A stretch of 64,000 nt of DNA from an uncultured SAR86 cluster bacterium (GCA_902525635.1 CABZHV010000001.1:76347-140346), one strand, 5' to 3'. Numbered from the stretch's first letter, positions 27,850 to 38,290 are shown. Notes: generated from the letters alone by a model not told the origin. Program-made: numbers and translations.

Positions 27850-29360
27850 TAAAGAAAAATATTAATAGCTACATATCCTACAACTGATAAAACAATAGTA
27901 TATGGAAGTGCCATATAAACCATTCTTAAATAGGAAAGATTAATTAATGGAGCTAGTGATGAAGTTAACAAAAATAAAAATGCTGCTTGTCCATTAGGGG
28001 TAGCAACACTTGGTAAATTTGTTCCTGTATTTATTGCAATTGCAAGATTATTAAATTGAGTTTCAGTAATAACTCCATTATCGAAAGCGCTTTTAACTTC
28101 ATTAATATATATAGTTGCTACAAAAACATTGTCACTTATTGCTGATAGAAATCCATTTGCAACAAAGAACAATGAAGGTTGGTTTGAGGGATCTTGAGAT
28201 AAAACATAATCAATTACAGGCGAGAAAAGATGTTGATCATGAATTACACTAACAATTGCAAAAAATACAGCAAGCAATGCAGTAAATGGAAGAGCTTCAT
28301 GGAATGCTTCACCCAGGTGATGTTCTTCGGTGATGCCCTTAAATGCTGTTAATAAAATTATCACGCTTAATCCAATTAAACCTACTGCAGCTAAATGAAA
28401 TCCAAGCGCAATAACCAAGAAAACCGCTACAACAGACTCAACTAAAAGTTCGGCTTTGTCTTTTGCAGTAATGTTTTCTTCTCTATATATGGAGTAATCA
28501 TTAAAAATTTCTCTTATATTCGATGGTAATTGATTGCCAAATCCTGCGATGGAAAATCTTTCAATTACAAAGCATGTAAGAATACCAGCAACAAAAACTG
28601 GCATTGTTATTGGAGCCATTCTTAAAAAGAATTCAACAAATTCCCAACCTGCAATTGTTGCAATCAATAAATTTTGAGGTTCTCCGACAATAGTACAAAC
28701 TCCTCCAAGAGCAGTACCAACTGCTCCATGCATAACTAAATCCCTTAAAAAAGCCTTAAAACTCTCAAGTTCTTCGAGCTTTAAATCACTCATAGCCGCA
28801 TTATTATAATAATCATGAGATTCGTTAGAAAACGATCCTCCTGATGCAACAGAATGATAGATTCTATAAAAACCAATAGTCACTCCAATTAATACAGCAG
28901 TTACAGTTAAAGCATCTAAAAATGCTGACAAAATTGCGGCCGAAATACAAAATAAAAGTGATAAAAGAGTTTTTGAACGAATATTTAATAATAATTTAGT
29001 AAATATTGTTAACATAAGATTTTTCATGAAATATATTCCTGCAACCATGAAAACTAATAAAAGTATTACTTCTATATTATTTTCAATTTCATGAAAAACA
29101 GATTTTGTTGATGTCAAACCCATAATAATAGCTTCTAGAGCAAGTAATCCACCAGGTTGGAGTGGGTAGCACTTTAAGGCTAATGCCAATGTAAAAATGA
29201 ACTGTAGAAGAAAAACCCAGCCAATAATAAAATTTCCATCTAAACTAAGATAGTTAAGCACAATTAATAATGGTGGATTAATTATGAGAAAGCCTATTAT
29301 GGTAGACTTATACCATCCTGGGGCATTTCCAAGAAATAATTTTTGTATTTCGTTATACAT
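27849..29360 (-). CDS. nhaB: Na+/H+ antiporter NhaB
   Basis: [10 protein letters not shown] and [19 protein letters not shown] track E. coli NhaB nearly position by position, as does the [15 protein letters not shown]...FLDALTV region. Confidence 0.92.
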   Translation of the reverse strand: MYNEIQKLFLGNAPGWYKSTIIGFLIINPPLLIVLNYLSLDGNFIIGWVFLLQFIFTLALALKCYPLQPGGLLALEAIIMGLTSTKSVFHEIENNIEVILLLVFMVAGIYFMKNLMLTIFTKLLLNIRSKTLLSLLFCISAAILSAFLDALTVTAVLIGVTIGFYRIYHSVASGGSFSNESHDYYNNAAMSDLKLEELESFKAFLRDLVMHGAVGTALGGVCTIVGEPQNLLIATIAGWEFVEFFLRMAPITMPVFVAGILTCFVIERFSIAGFGNQLPSNIREIFNDYSIYREENITAKDKAELLVESVVAVFLVIALGFHLAAVGLIGLSVIILLTAFKGITEEHHLGEAFHEALPFTALLAVFFAIVSVIHDQHLFSPVIDYVLSQDPSNQPSLFFVANGFLSAISDNVFVATIYINEVKSAFDNGVITETQFNNLAIAINTGTNLPSVATPNGQAAFLFLLTSSLAPLINLSYLRMVYMALPYTIVLSVVGYVAINIFL

Positions 29361-29386
29361 TAGGACATCTTAAATATTTATATATT

Positions 29387-30199
29387 ATGCATTTTAAAAG
29401 ATTTTTAGAGATAAATGGTAAAGAAAATAATCATTTTATTGTTTTTAAAGATAATAAAATAATCTATGAACCTAATTTTAAAACATTCTTATTAGAGAGT
29501 AGTTATTTAAATATTAATATTGAAAATTCACTTGTTGTTGGAATAGCTGAGGCAGAAAAAAAAATATATGGAGTAGATATATCTGGACATGACAACAATA
29601 TTAATATTGGATATGAGTCTTTAATTGAATTAGATGTGAGACATTTGTTGGCAATTTCTAAACCTGAAGACATTGCTTTAATGGGAAGGGCTAATCAACT
29701 TCTTCATTGGATAAAAAGTAATAAATATTCAGGATATTCAGGCAAGTTAAATAGATTTGATATTGAAGAGGAGGCACTAAGGTGTCCAACTTCATCTAAA
29801 ATTATTTATCCTTCAATTTCTCCTTGTGTTTTGGCTATGGTTATTAAAGGAAATAAAGTTTTATTAGCAAGAAATAATCTTTTTCCAGAAGGTTTATTTA
29901 GTGTATTAGCTGGCTTTGTTGAAGTTTCAGAATCTGCAGAAGAAACGGTCAAACGAGAGGTTCTTGAGGAGGTTAATTTAAAAGTAACGAATCTTAAATA
30001 TTTTGGAAGTCAACCGTGGCCGTTTCCATCACAATTGATGTTAGGTTTTTCATGTGAGTATGAATCAGGTGAAATTAAATTAGATAAGAAAGAGATTGCA
30101 GAAGCAAATTGGTATAGATATGACAAATTACCCTATGTACCACCTAGCACTAGTTTATCAGGCCTATTAATTAACTCTTTTGTCGAGGATCATTCTTAG
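29387..30199 (+). CDS. nudC: NAD+ diphosphatase / NADH pyrophosphatase (Nudix)
   Basis: The Nudix box GFVEVSESAEETVKREVLEEVNL and the NudC-specific SQPWPFPSQ are present. Most zinc-ribbon cysteines of E. coli NudC are not conserved. Confidence 0.85.
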   Translation: MHFKRFLEINGKENNHFIVFKDNKIIYEPNFKTFLLESSYLNINIENSLVVGIAEAEKKIYGVDISGHDNNINIGYESLIELDVRHLLAISKPEDIALMGRANQLLHWIKSNKYSGYSGKLNRFDIEEEALRCPTSSKIIYPSISPCVLAMVIKGNKVLLARNNLFPEGLFSVLAGFVEVSESAEETVKREVLEEVNLKVTNLKYFGSQPWPFPSQLMLGFSCEYESGEIKLDKKEIAEANWYRYDKLPYVPPSTSLSGLLINSFVEDHS

Positions 30200-32159
30200 C
30201 TCTTGTCGGAATGACTTTTTTTGGTTTTTTGTCTTTAATTATCTCTTTCATAGCAGGCTCTTTGGTCTTTGTTGGAGTTTCAGCTAAATTTACTTGTTTT
30301 TTAATTTTATTTTGATTTTCTTTTTTTAAATCTGGTCTTCGAACATTATTTTTTGGCTTGACATTCTTCTTTCGACCTTCATTAATTTTATTTTTGTTTT
30401 TATTATTTGTTTTGGGTTTATTAGAGTTTTTTTGAAATTTTTTATTCTTATTTGTAGTTTTTTTTCTTTTGTTATTATTAATTATCCTTTTATTTAGTCT
30501 GCGTGGTTTCTTTTTTTGTTCTACTTCTTCTGCTTCAAGACCAGTTATTGATTTCAACCATTTCATTAAACCAGCCTTTCTAGTTTTTGGCATTTTAGGA
30601 GGTTTCACACCATCAACTAAAGGTTTCATAGTTTTTGATTTGTTATTCGCGTCTCTCCAATTAATATCAGGTTCAGGACTTTCTGGAGTAAGATTATATG
30701 ATTCTGTGTTTTTTATGTCTGATGCTTTAATTCTTATAACTTTATAATAAGGCCTAGATTTATATGGATCAGCGATTACTAGCACTTTGATTTTATTAGA
30801 TTTTTCAATATTAATAATGTCGTATCTTTTTTCATTTAGGAGATAGCTTGCAACATCTGATGGAACATAAACATGAATCTCACCAGTATTTTCTTTAGCT
30901 GCATCTTCACCAACAATTCGTAATATAGATATACCAAGCGATCTTGGACCTCTAACAAGAACATGTTCAATATCATATGATTCATTTAAAGATGGTCTCA
31001 ATCTTTGTCTTGAAATTTCTAGAAGGCCAAATCTTGATATGCTTGATATTTGAACTCTTGCTCTATCAGAGTATATTGCTTTTCTGAATGCTGATTCAAC
31101 TTTGTTTTGATTTTCTTCATTTAGCATATCTATAAAGTCTATTACTACTAGACCGCCAACATCTCTTAATCTAAGCTGTCTAGCAATCTCAGTAGCAGCT
31201 TCTAAGTTTGTTTTAAAAGCTGTTTCTTCTATATCTTTTCCTTTAGTAGATCTAGCAGAATTCACGTCAATTGTTGTCATTGCTTCTGTTGGATCAATTA
31301 CAATAGATCCACCAGAATTTAGAGATATTTCTCTTTGAAAAGCAAGTTCAATTTGTGATTCTATTTGATATCTATTAAACAGCGGAATCTCTTCATTATA
31401 ATATTTTACCTTCTCAGCATGATCTGGAATGACAGCCTCAGTAAATTCTTTTGCTTCATTAAATACTTGCTCGTCATCAATTAAAATTTCTTCAATATCG
31501 TCTTTAAAATAATCCCTAACAACTCTTACAATTAATTTATCGTCTCTAAATATTAGAGATGGTGAAATAGCATTCGGTGTCGTGTTATTTATTTCATCCC
31601 ATAATGCCAACAAGTATGCTAAATCTAAACTTAACTCTTCAACACTCCTTCCTAATCCATTTGTTCTTACAATAGCACTCATATTTTCAGGAATATTTAG
31701 TTTATCGAGAGTATTTTTTATTTGATCTCTTTCATCACCGCTAATTCTTCTCGAAATACCCCCTGATCTTGAAGAATTAGGTATCAAAACTAAAAATCTT
31801 CCAGCTAAGCCAATTTGAGTTGTTAATGCTGCTCCTTTTGTGCCTCTTTCTTCTTTTGTGACTTGTACAATAATTTCTTGTTCTTCCTTTAACGTACAAA
31901 TATTTTTTCCTTTTTTATCTTTCTTAAAAAATTCTTTTGATAAATCTTTTAGTGGAAGGAAACCATGTCTCTCAGATCCAAAATTTACAAATGCTGCATC
32001 TAAACTTGATTCAATTCTTGATACAGTTGCTTTAAAGATACTTCCTTTTAGCAGTGTCTTCTCTGATGATTCTGTATCAAAATCATAAAGTTTTGCACCA
32101 TCAACTAGTGCTACACGTAATTCATCACCATATGATGAGTTTATTAATATTCTTTTCAT
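30171..32159 (-). CDS. rne: Ribonuclease E (short form with a Lys/Asn-rich tail)
   Basis: N-terminus MKRILIN..ELRVALVDG is followed by S1 and catalytic-domain conservation. It is divergent from rluC, as in E. coli. 662 aa. Confidence 0.92.
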   Translation of the reverse strand: MKRILINSSYGDELRVALVDGAKLYDFDTESSEKTLLKGSIFKATVSRIESSLDAAFVNFGSERHGFLPLKDLSKEFFKKDKKGKNICTLKEEQEIIVQVTKEERGTKGAALTTQIGLAGRFLVLIPNSSRSGGISRRISGDERDQIKNTLDKLNIPENMSAIVRTNGLGRSVEELSLDLAYLLALWDEINNTTPNAISPSLIFRDDKLIVRVVRDYFKDDIEEILIDDEQVFNEAKEFTEAVIPDHAEKVKYYNEEIPLFNRYQIESQIELAFQREISLNSGGSIVIDPTEAMTTIDVNSARSTKGKDIEETAFKTNLEAATEIARQLRLRDVGGLVVIDFIDMLNEENQNKVESAFRKAIYSDRARVQISSISRFGLLEISRQRLRPSLNESYDIEHVLVRGPRSLGISILRIVGEDAAKENTGEIHVYVPSDVASYLLNEKRYDIINIEKSNKIKVLVIADPYKSRPYYKVIRIKASDIKNTESYNLTPESPEPDINWRDANNKSKTMKPLVDGVKPPKMPKTRKAGLMKWLKSITGLEAEEVEQKKKPRRLNKRIINNNKRKKTTNKNKKFQKNSNKPKTNNKNKNKINEGRKKNVKPKNNVRRPDLKKENQNKIKKQVNLAETPTKTKEPAMKEIIKDKKPKKVIPTRAKNDPRQKS

Positions 32160-32351
32160 CTGTTCTCCCTGTAACAGGAAGATAATTCAGCAGTGCGCTT
32201 TTTGATAAGCTTCATTCAGTAAGTCTTATATCCTTTGCTTACGTGAATAGCTCTATTCAGAGCTTTAGTAATTAACTGTTGTATATATCTTTCTTAATTA
32301 ATTTACTAGGAATACCTAGTTATTTAATTGTATATCCTATAGATTTGTAAC
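32160..32351 (-). promoter_or_regulatory. rne promoter and structured 5' leader (candidate autoregulatory element)
   Basis: The 192-nt gap is large for this genome and GC-enriched. Minus-strand hairpins are CTAGG-TATT-CCTAG, AGCTCT-GAAT-AGAGCT and GTAAG-N13-CTTAC. A fourth, CTGTT-ACAGGGAG-AACAG, carries the SD in its loop. Confidence 0.45.
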
Positions 32352-33233
32352 ATGACTGTCAAAAATATTAAGATTAATGAAGATAATGAAGGAAGAAGAA
32401 TTGATAATTTTTTAATATCTATACTCCCATCAGTTCCAAGAAGTAAAGTTTATAATATTATTAGGAAGGGTGAAGTTAGAGTAAATTCATCAAGGATAAA
32501 ACCAAGTTATAAACTTAAAATTAGTGATAAGGTAAGAATTCCTCCTAACCTTGATATTTTAAAGAATAGCTATAAATCCATAAAACAAAAAGAGATCATA
32601 AAACATACTCAAGACATACTTTTTGAAAATAAAAATTTTTTAATTGCCAATAAAAGGAATGATATAGCCGTACATGCTGGCTCAAAAAATTATATAGGTT
32701 TAGTTGATATATTTAGAAAAAAATATGGTAAAAATATCGATTTATGTCATAGACTTGATAAACATACATCTGGTTGCATTGTTTTTGCAAAAAATAAAAA
32801 AGCTGCAAAACATTTCAGCAAATGTTTATCATCGAATGAAGTTAAAAAAACTTATTCTGCAATTTTAAAAGGCTCTTTTAAGGGAGTAAAACTTATAGAC
32901 GTACCTGTATATAAAAATATAAACTCAAACACAAAAAAAGCTATTTCAAAATTTATTTTTAAAAAAAAATTAAAAAACACTACATTAGTAGATATTCAAA
33001 TCTTTACAGGAAGGACTCATCAAATAAGGATTCATGCTGCTGAGATTAATCATCCAATAATTTATGATAAAAGATATGGAGATATTAATTTTGATGAAAA
33101 ATTAAATATAAGTAATTACAAAATGCCGCTTCATTCAAAAAAAATAAGCTTTCCAGGTTTAAACAATAAAATGATTAAAACAAATGCAGAATATCCAATT
33201 GAATTTAAGAACTTACTAATGAATCTTAATTAA
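32352..33233 (+). CDS. rluC: 23S rRNA pseudouridine synthase (RluA family, RluC-like)
   Basis: It has an S4-like N-terminus and the catalytic HRLDKHTSGC. Its position is divergent from rne. Confidence 0.85.
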   Translation: MTVKNIKINEDNEGRRIDNFLISILPSVPRSKVYNIIRKGEVRVNSSRIKPSYKLKISDKVRIPPNLDILKNSYKSIKQKEIIKHTQDILFENKNFLIANKRNDIAVHAGSKNYIGLVDIFRKKYGKNIDLCHRLDKHTSGCIVFAKNKKAAKHFSKCLSSNEVKKTYSAILKGSFKGVKLIDVPVYKNINSNTKKAISKFIFKKKLKNTTLVDIQIFTGRTHQIRIHAAEINHPIIYDKRYGDINFDEKLNISNYKMPLHSKKISFPGLNNKMIKTNAEYPIEFKNLLMNLN

Positions 33234-33288
33234 AATTTCTATGAATATTTATAAAACTTTGATAGGATAGCTTTTTTTAAGGCTTATT

Positions 33289-33498
33289 ATGGCAGTACAA
33301 AAAAGTAAAGTTACAAGATCTAGACGGGGGCAAAGAAGATCTCATGATGCTCTTAAATCTAGAACTTTGTCAATAGATCCTGTTTCTGGTGAAAAACATT
33401 TACGTCATCAAATGACAAAAGATGGTTTTTACAAAGGTAGACTGATAAAAGATCTTAGAAAACCTATCAAAGAAGAGTCTGAAGAAGTAATATCTTAG
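33289..33498 (+). CDS. rpmF: 50S ribosomal protein L32
   Basis: [23 protein letters not shown] is the canonical L32 N-terminus. Confidence 0.96.
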   Translation: MAVQKSKVTRSRRGQRRSHDALKSRTLSIDPVSGEKHLRHQMTKDGFYKGRLIKDLRKPIKEESEEVIS

Positions 33499-33500
33499 TT

Positions 33501-34421
33501 ATGCCTAGGCATATAAGCTTTATATTTCCTGGTCAGGGCTCTCAACACCTCGGAATGTTGGATGATAATTTAAAGAAATTATTATCCTCATATAAAGACG
33601 AAATTAATGATTCCCTTAGATTTAATTTAATAGATATTATTGATAATGGACCAATTGAACATCTGAATAAAACATCTATTACACAGCCAGCAATACTTTT
33701 AACGTCCTATCTTTATTTTAGAAACATTTGCAAAGAACTAGATATTATTCCAAATATTGTTTGTGGACATTCCTTGGGTGAATATTCAGCCCTAGTGGCT
33801 GCAAATTGTATTTCATTAAAAGATGGATTGTCATTAGTAAATAAAAGAGGAATATTAATGGAAAATTGTACAGAGGGTTCTATGTACGCTATTTTAAATA
33901 CAGATATTAATGTTATATCCAATTTATGCACAAAAGTAGAAAATAAATTAAATACTATTGTAGTACCTGCAAATCTTAACTCTGCATCTCAAACTGTCAT
34001 TTCTGGAACTAATGAGGGAGTCTCAGAGGTTGTTAAGGAACTAAAAAATGCAGGTTATAAAAAATGCATCAAACTTAAGGTAAGTGTAGCTTCACATTCA
34101 CAAGTAATGAATGAAACTTTGGATAAATTTAAAGATGAAATAAGTAAACTAAAATTTAAAAATCCAAGATATGAGATAATTCATAATGTAGATTGTCAAA
34201 TTACAGATAATGTCGAAAATTTAAAGAATAAATTATTAAATCAACTTGTCATGCCAGTACAATGGTCAAGAACTATGCAATATATAAAACAATTTAATGG
34301 AATCGTTATTGAGTGTGGTCCAAGTAAAGTATTATCTGGATTAGCAAAAGCTAATGGAATTGGTAATGTTTTTGCATCTTCATCTGAAAGTTTCTTTGAT
34401 GATATTAGGAAAGTTTTATGA
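33501..34421 (+). CDS. fabD: Malonyl-CoA:ACP transacylase
   Basis: FPGQGSQ and GHSLGEYSA motifs are present. Confidence 0.95.
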   Translation: MPRHISFIFPGQGSQHLGMLDDNLKKLLSSYKDEINDSLRFNLIDIIDNGPIEHLNKTSITQPAILLTSYLYFRNICKELDIIPNIVCGHSLGEYSALVAANCISLKDGLSLVNKRGILMENCTEGSMYAILNTDINVISNLCTKVENKLNTIVVPANLNSASQTVISGTNEGVSEVVKELKNAGYKKCIKLKVSVASHSQVMNETLDKFKDEISKLKFKNPRYEIIHNVDCQITDNVENLKNKLLNQLVMPVQWSRTMQYIKQFNGIVIECGPSKVLSGLAKANGIGNVFASSSESFFDDIRKVL

Positions 34422-35131
34422 ACAAAAATGTATTTATTTCTGGTGCTTCAAGAGGAATTGGTAGGGCTATAGCCTATCACTTTGCAAATAATAATTTTGT
34501 TGTAGTCGGCACCTCAAGAAATGAATTTGAATTTGATCAAAAAAACGAAAATTTAATTCCTCTTAAATTAGATGTCACTTCAAGAGATGATATTGCAGAG
34601 TGCTTTGAAATGCTGAAATCAAAAGATTTGTTACCTAAAATACTAATAAATAATGCTGGAATAACTTCAGATCAGATATTTCTAAGGATGAAAAATGAAG
34701 ACTGGGACAATGTAATAAATACAAATTTAAACGGAGTATTTAATCTTTCTAAAATTTTTGTTAAAAATATGATAAAACACAAAGAAGGTAGAATTATAAA
34801 TATCTCATCTATTTCTGGTTTAATGGGGAATCCAGGACAAGTTAATTATTCATCATCAAAAGCAGCATTAAATGGATTTACTAAATCTTTAGCAAAAGAA
34901 TTAGGATCAAGAAATATCACAGTTAACTGTATTGCTCCTGGATTTATTGAAACTGATATGACCTCATATATTCATGAGAATGAAAAGAATAAACTTTTGA
35001 ATAGCATTCCACTAAAGAGATTAGGTAAAGCAGAAGATGTTGCAAAATTAGTCTCATTTCTGGCATCAGATAAAGCTTCATACATAACGGGTCAAACAAT
35101 TTCAATTGACGGCGGTTTATTGATGAACTAA
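34418..35131 (+). CDS. fabG: 3-oxoacyl-ACP reductase
   Basis: SDR motifs GASRGIG, NNAG and YSSSKAA are present. It lies between fabD and acpP. Confidence 0.93.
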   Translation: MNKNVFISGASRGIGRAIAYHFANNNFVVVGTSRNEFEFDQKNENLIPLKLDVTSRDDIAECFEMLKSKDLLPKILINNAGITSDQIFLRMKNEDWDNVINTNLNGVFNLSKIFVKNMIKHKEGRIINISSISGLMGNPGQVNYSSSKAALNGFTKSLAKELGSRNITVNCIAPGFIETDMTSYIHENEKNKLLNSIPLKRLGKAEDVAKLVSFLASDKASYITGQTISIDGGLLMN

Positions 35132-35199
35132 TTTATATGTGCATCTTTGAACTATTAGATGTAAAATGAGTCAAATTAATATAGGGTTTTGGAGTACTT

Positions 35200-35433
35200 A
35201 TGAGTGTTGAAGACAGAGTCAAGAAAATTGTAAGCGATCAATTAGGAAAGTCAGTTGACGAGATTCAGAGCGATTCATCATTTGTTGATGATCTTGGTGC
35301 TGATTCTTTAGATACGGTTGAACTTGTAATGGCGCTTGAAGAAGAGTTTGATCTTGAAATCGCAGATGAAGATGCTGAAAAAATTTCCACAGTTAATGAA
35401 GCAGTAGATTATATTAATTCTAATTCTGAATAA
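35200..35433 (+). CDS. acpP: Acyl carrier protein
   Basis: [20 protein letters not shown] contains the phosphopantetheine Ser. Confidence 0.97.
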   Translation: MSVEDRVKKIVSDQLGKSVDEIQSDSSFVDDLGADSLDTVELVMALEEEFDLEIADEDAEKISTVNEAVDYINSNSE

Positions 35434-35494
35434 ACATATTTTTTATTAATCGAATTTAATGTTTACAATAACTTTGGTTATTTAAACATTTAAA

Positions 35495-36448
35495 ATGTAT
35501 TTAATAAGATTTAGTCTATTTTTATTTATATTATCAATTTCAATATATGCCCCTTATAAAGCATTTATTAATGACATACCTCAGAAAAATGATTCAATAT
35601 TAGAAGTCAATAGTGGAGAAACCATTAGGGATGTTTTTTCAAAGTTCTTGCCCATGAACTATTTCAACAATTTTTTATCTAAAATATATCTATATTTTAA
35701 TGATATACGATCAATACAAACTGGTGAGTATCAAATTGGTAATAAATCTTTTTCAGAGATTGTTTCTGCATTGCAATATGGTGACACGATAACGTATAAA
35801 CTAAAAATAAATGAAGGAATCACAATTTATGAGTTAGAAAAATTAATTAATGACTCATATTTAGATAACAATTGTAGTTTCTTAAAATGTATTGAAACAG
35901 ATTTGCCATTCAAAGAAGGTATTATGTATCCAGATACCTATTTTTATAAAAAAGGAATGCAGGCATCGGAAATATTAATAAAAAGTTACGAAAGATTAAA
36001 TAATTATTTAAATATTAAACTTAATTCAGTTAATACAAAAACGTCATTAAAAAAGGCTGATGTATTAATATTAGCATCAATTATTGAAAAAGAAGCTGGA
36101 AATAATAGTGAAAAGCTGAATATCGCCAGTGTTTTTCTTAAACGATTATCTATAGGCATGAGGCTGCAAGCTGATCCAACTATTATTTATGGTTTATTAC
36201 CAAATTTTGATGGTGATATAAAAAAATCTGATATTCTAGATAAAAATAATAAATACAACACATATATGATTTACGGATTGCCACCATCACCAATATCTAT
36301 ATCATCTATGTCATCTATAGATGCAGCAATTGATGCAGTACCTGGAGATTATTTATTTTTTGTTGCTGATTCTCCAACTTCACACTATTTTTCCAAGTCA
36401 TATGATGAACATCTAGAAATGATCAACAAATTAGGTCTTAATAAATGA
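35495..36448 (+). CDS. mltG: Endolytic murein transglycosylase MltG (YceG family)
   Basis: It has an N-terminal anchor. The ASIIEKEAG and RLQADPTIIYG motifs are present. It sits before tmk. Confidence 0.9.
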   Translation: MYLIRFSLFLFILSISIYAPYKAFINDIPQKNDSILEVNSGETIRDVFSKFLPMNYFNNFLSKIYLYFNDIRSIQTGEYQIGNKSFSEIVSALQYGDTITYKLKINEGITIYELEKLINDSYLDNNCSFLKCIETDLPFKEGIMYPDTYFYKKGMQASEILIKSYERLNNYLNIKLNSVNTKTSLKKADVLILASIIEKEAGNNSEKLNIASVFLKRLSIGMRLQADPTIIYGLLPNFDGDIKKSDILDKNNKYNTYMIYGLPPSPISISSMSSIDAAIDAVPGDYLFFVADSPTSHYFSKSYDEHLEMINKLGLNK

Positions 36449-37035
36449 AAATTATTTCATTTGAGGGTATTGAGGGAGTTGGGAAATCAACTCAAATAAA
36501 ACTACTAAAAGATTATCTTGAATCAAAACATTTTCTTGTTGATACATATAGGGAACCTGGCTCAACTGATGCTGGTGAAAAAATTAGAGATATTTTGTTA
36601 AATTCTAAAAATCAATTATCAGATGAAGCTGAGCTTTTATTAATGTTTGCTTCAAGAGTTGAACTTATAAAACAGAAAATACAAACTAGTAAGTCAGATT
36701 ATTTACTATTAGATAGATTTTATGATGCTTCAATAGCATATCAGGGGTACGGTAGAAAGTTATCTATGTCATTTATCGAGTCACTTATCTCGTTTATTAA
36801 TTGTCCAATTCCAAATTTAAGTATATTGCTAGATATTTCTGTTGAAGAAGGCTTTTCAAGAAAAACAAATGATCAAATTGATAGGATAGAATCCTCAAGC
36901 AAAATTTTTTTTCAACGAGTAAGAAAAGGCTATATTAAGATTGCTAAAGATCACAAAGATAGATTTATAAAAATAAATGCCTCTATGGATATTGAGGAAA
37001 TTCATAATGAAATTATTAATCACATAAACCTATAG
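36445..37035 (+). CDS. tmk: Thymidylate kinase
   Basis: P-loop FEGIEGVGKST and the DRF/YQG region are present. Confidence 0.92.
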   Translation: MKIISFEGIEGVGKSTQIKLLKDYLESKHFLVDTYREPGSTDAGEKIRDILLNSKNQLSDEAELLLMFASRVELIKQKIQTSKSDYLLLDRFYDASIAYQGYGRKLSMSFIESLISFINCPIPNLSILLDISVEEGFSRKTNDQIDRIESSSKIFFQRVRKGYIKIAKDHKDRFIKINASMDIEEIHNEIINHINL

Positions 37036-37037
37036 AT

Positions 37038-38018
37038 ATGAATATATCTAATTACGATTGGCTAGAAAAAATTTATAACAAAATAAATTTTGAAAGACTA
37101 CCTCATGGAATAATCATCAATGGTCCTGATGGTATTGGTAAAGAAATACTCGCAACACATATTGCTCAAAAGCTTTTGCTAAATAAAATAACAAATAATT
37201 ATGATAAAGGTTTGGTTGACTCAAATACCCATCCTGATTTATTTATTTTAAATAAAGATAAAATTCTTTTGAAACACATAACATATAGAAAAACTATTAA
37301 AAAAGAAGACTGGGACAAACAGTTAGGAGATAGGAATATTAACCAGTTCTTATCAGTAACTCCTTCTGTAGCAGTTAATAAAGTTGTGATTATATTAAAT
37401 GCCCAAAATATGAATCTTGCATCTCAAAATGCAATACTTAAATCACTTGAGGAACCCGCACCAAATTCATTTATTGTTTTTACAATTAACAGACCAATGT
37501 CTTTGTTGAAAACTGTCTATAGTCGATGTCAAATAATAAGTATTCCAAGTCTAGATGAAGCTTCAAAAGATCAATGGCTCACTAGAAACGGAATTTCTGA
37601 CTATAACTCAAGTCATTTTCCAAGTTTTATATCTCCATTGAAGATTCTTGAAGAGATTCAAGACAATCAACATTTAAATTTTATAGATTTTATTAAAATT
37701 ATTTCTGATTTTATTGAAAATAAAATTGATTGTAATTTTGCAATTAAAAAAATTAGTAATTTGAATATTGATTTAATTACAAAAACAAATTACCTGGTTG
37801 AATTTCTAAAAATCATTCTTAAATCCCGTATATTATCAGAGGACTTATCAGGTCTTTATAAGAAATTTAATGACTCAAAATTTAATAATTTAAAGATATC
37901 AAATATATTGAATGATTTAAATAATTTAAGAAGTGATTACTTTAAGGTCCCTCAAATAAATGAAACCCATGTTCTAAATTATTTTTTGAGTGAGTTAAAG
38001 AGTTCTATTAAGATATAG
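37038..38018 (+). CDS. holB: DNA polymerase III delta' subunit
   Basis: The LPHGIIINGPDGIGK clamp-loader N-terminus, LKSLEEP and SRCQ motifs are present. It follows tmk. Confidence 0.85.
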   Translation: MNISNYDWLEKIYNKINFERLPHGIIINGPDGIGKEILATHIAQKLLLNKITNNYDKGLVDSNTHPDLFILNKDKILLKHITYRKTIKKEDWDKQLGDRNINQFLSVTPSVAVNKVVIILNAQNMNLASQNAILKSLEEPAPNSFIVFTINRPMSLLKTVYSRCQIISIPSLDEASKDQWLTRNGISDYNSSHFPSFISPLKILEEIQDNQHLNFIDFIKIISDFIENKIDCNFAIKKISNLNIDLITKTNYLVEFLKIILKSRILSEDLSGLYKKFNDSKFNNLKISNILNDLNNLRSDYFKVPQINETHVLNYFLSELKSSIKI

Positions 38019-38054
38019 TTACAATCTTATTAACATCTGTTGTTATAATAAATT

Positions 38055-38285
38055 ATGAAAAAAAAAGTAGAAATATACTCTAAATCTAATTGTTCATTTT
38101 GTGTTATGGCTATGAATTTCTTTGATGCAAAAGGCATTAAATACGACGTCTATTCTTGTGATGATCCTAATATTTTTCAAGAAATGTTAACAAGAAATCC
38201 TCAAGCAAGAACCGTACCTCAAATTTTTATAGATGATAAATTAATTGGTGGTTATACTGATTTAGTCGAAAATTATACGGAATAA
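38055..38285 (+). CDS. Glutaredoxin (dithiol type, CSFC active site)
   Basis: CSFC, TVPQIFIDDKLIGGYTDL, 76 aa. Confidence 0.85.
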   Translation: MKKKVEIYSKSNCSFCVMAMNFFDAKGIKYDVYSCDDPNIFQEMLTRNPQARTVPQIFIDDKLIGGYTDLVENYTE

Positions 38286-38290
38286 AAAAC

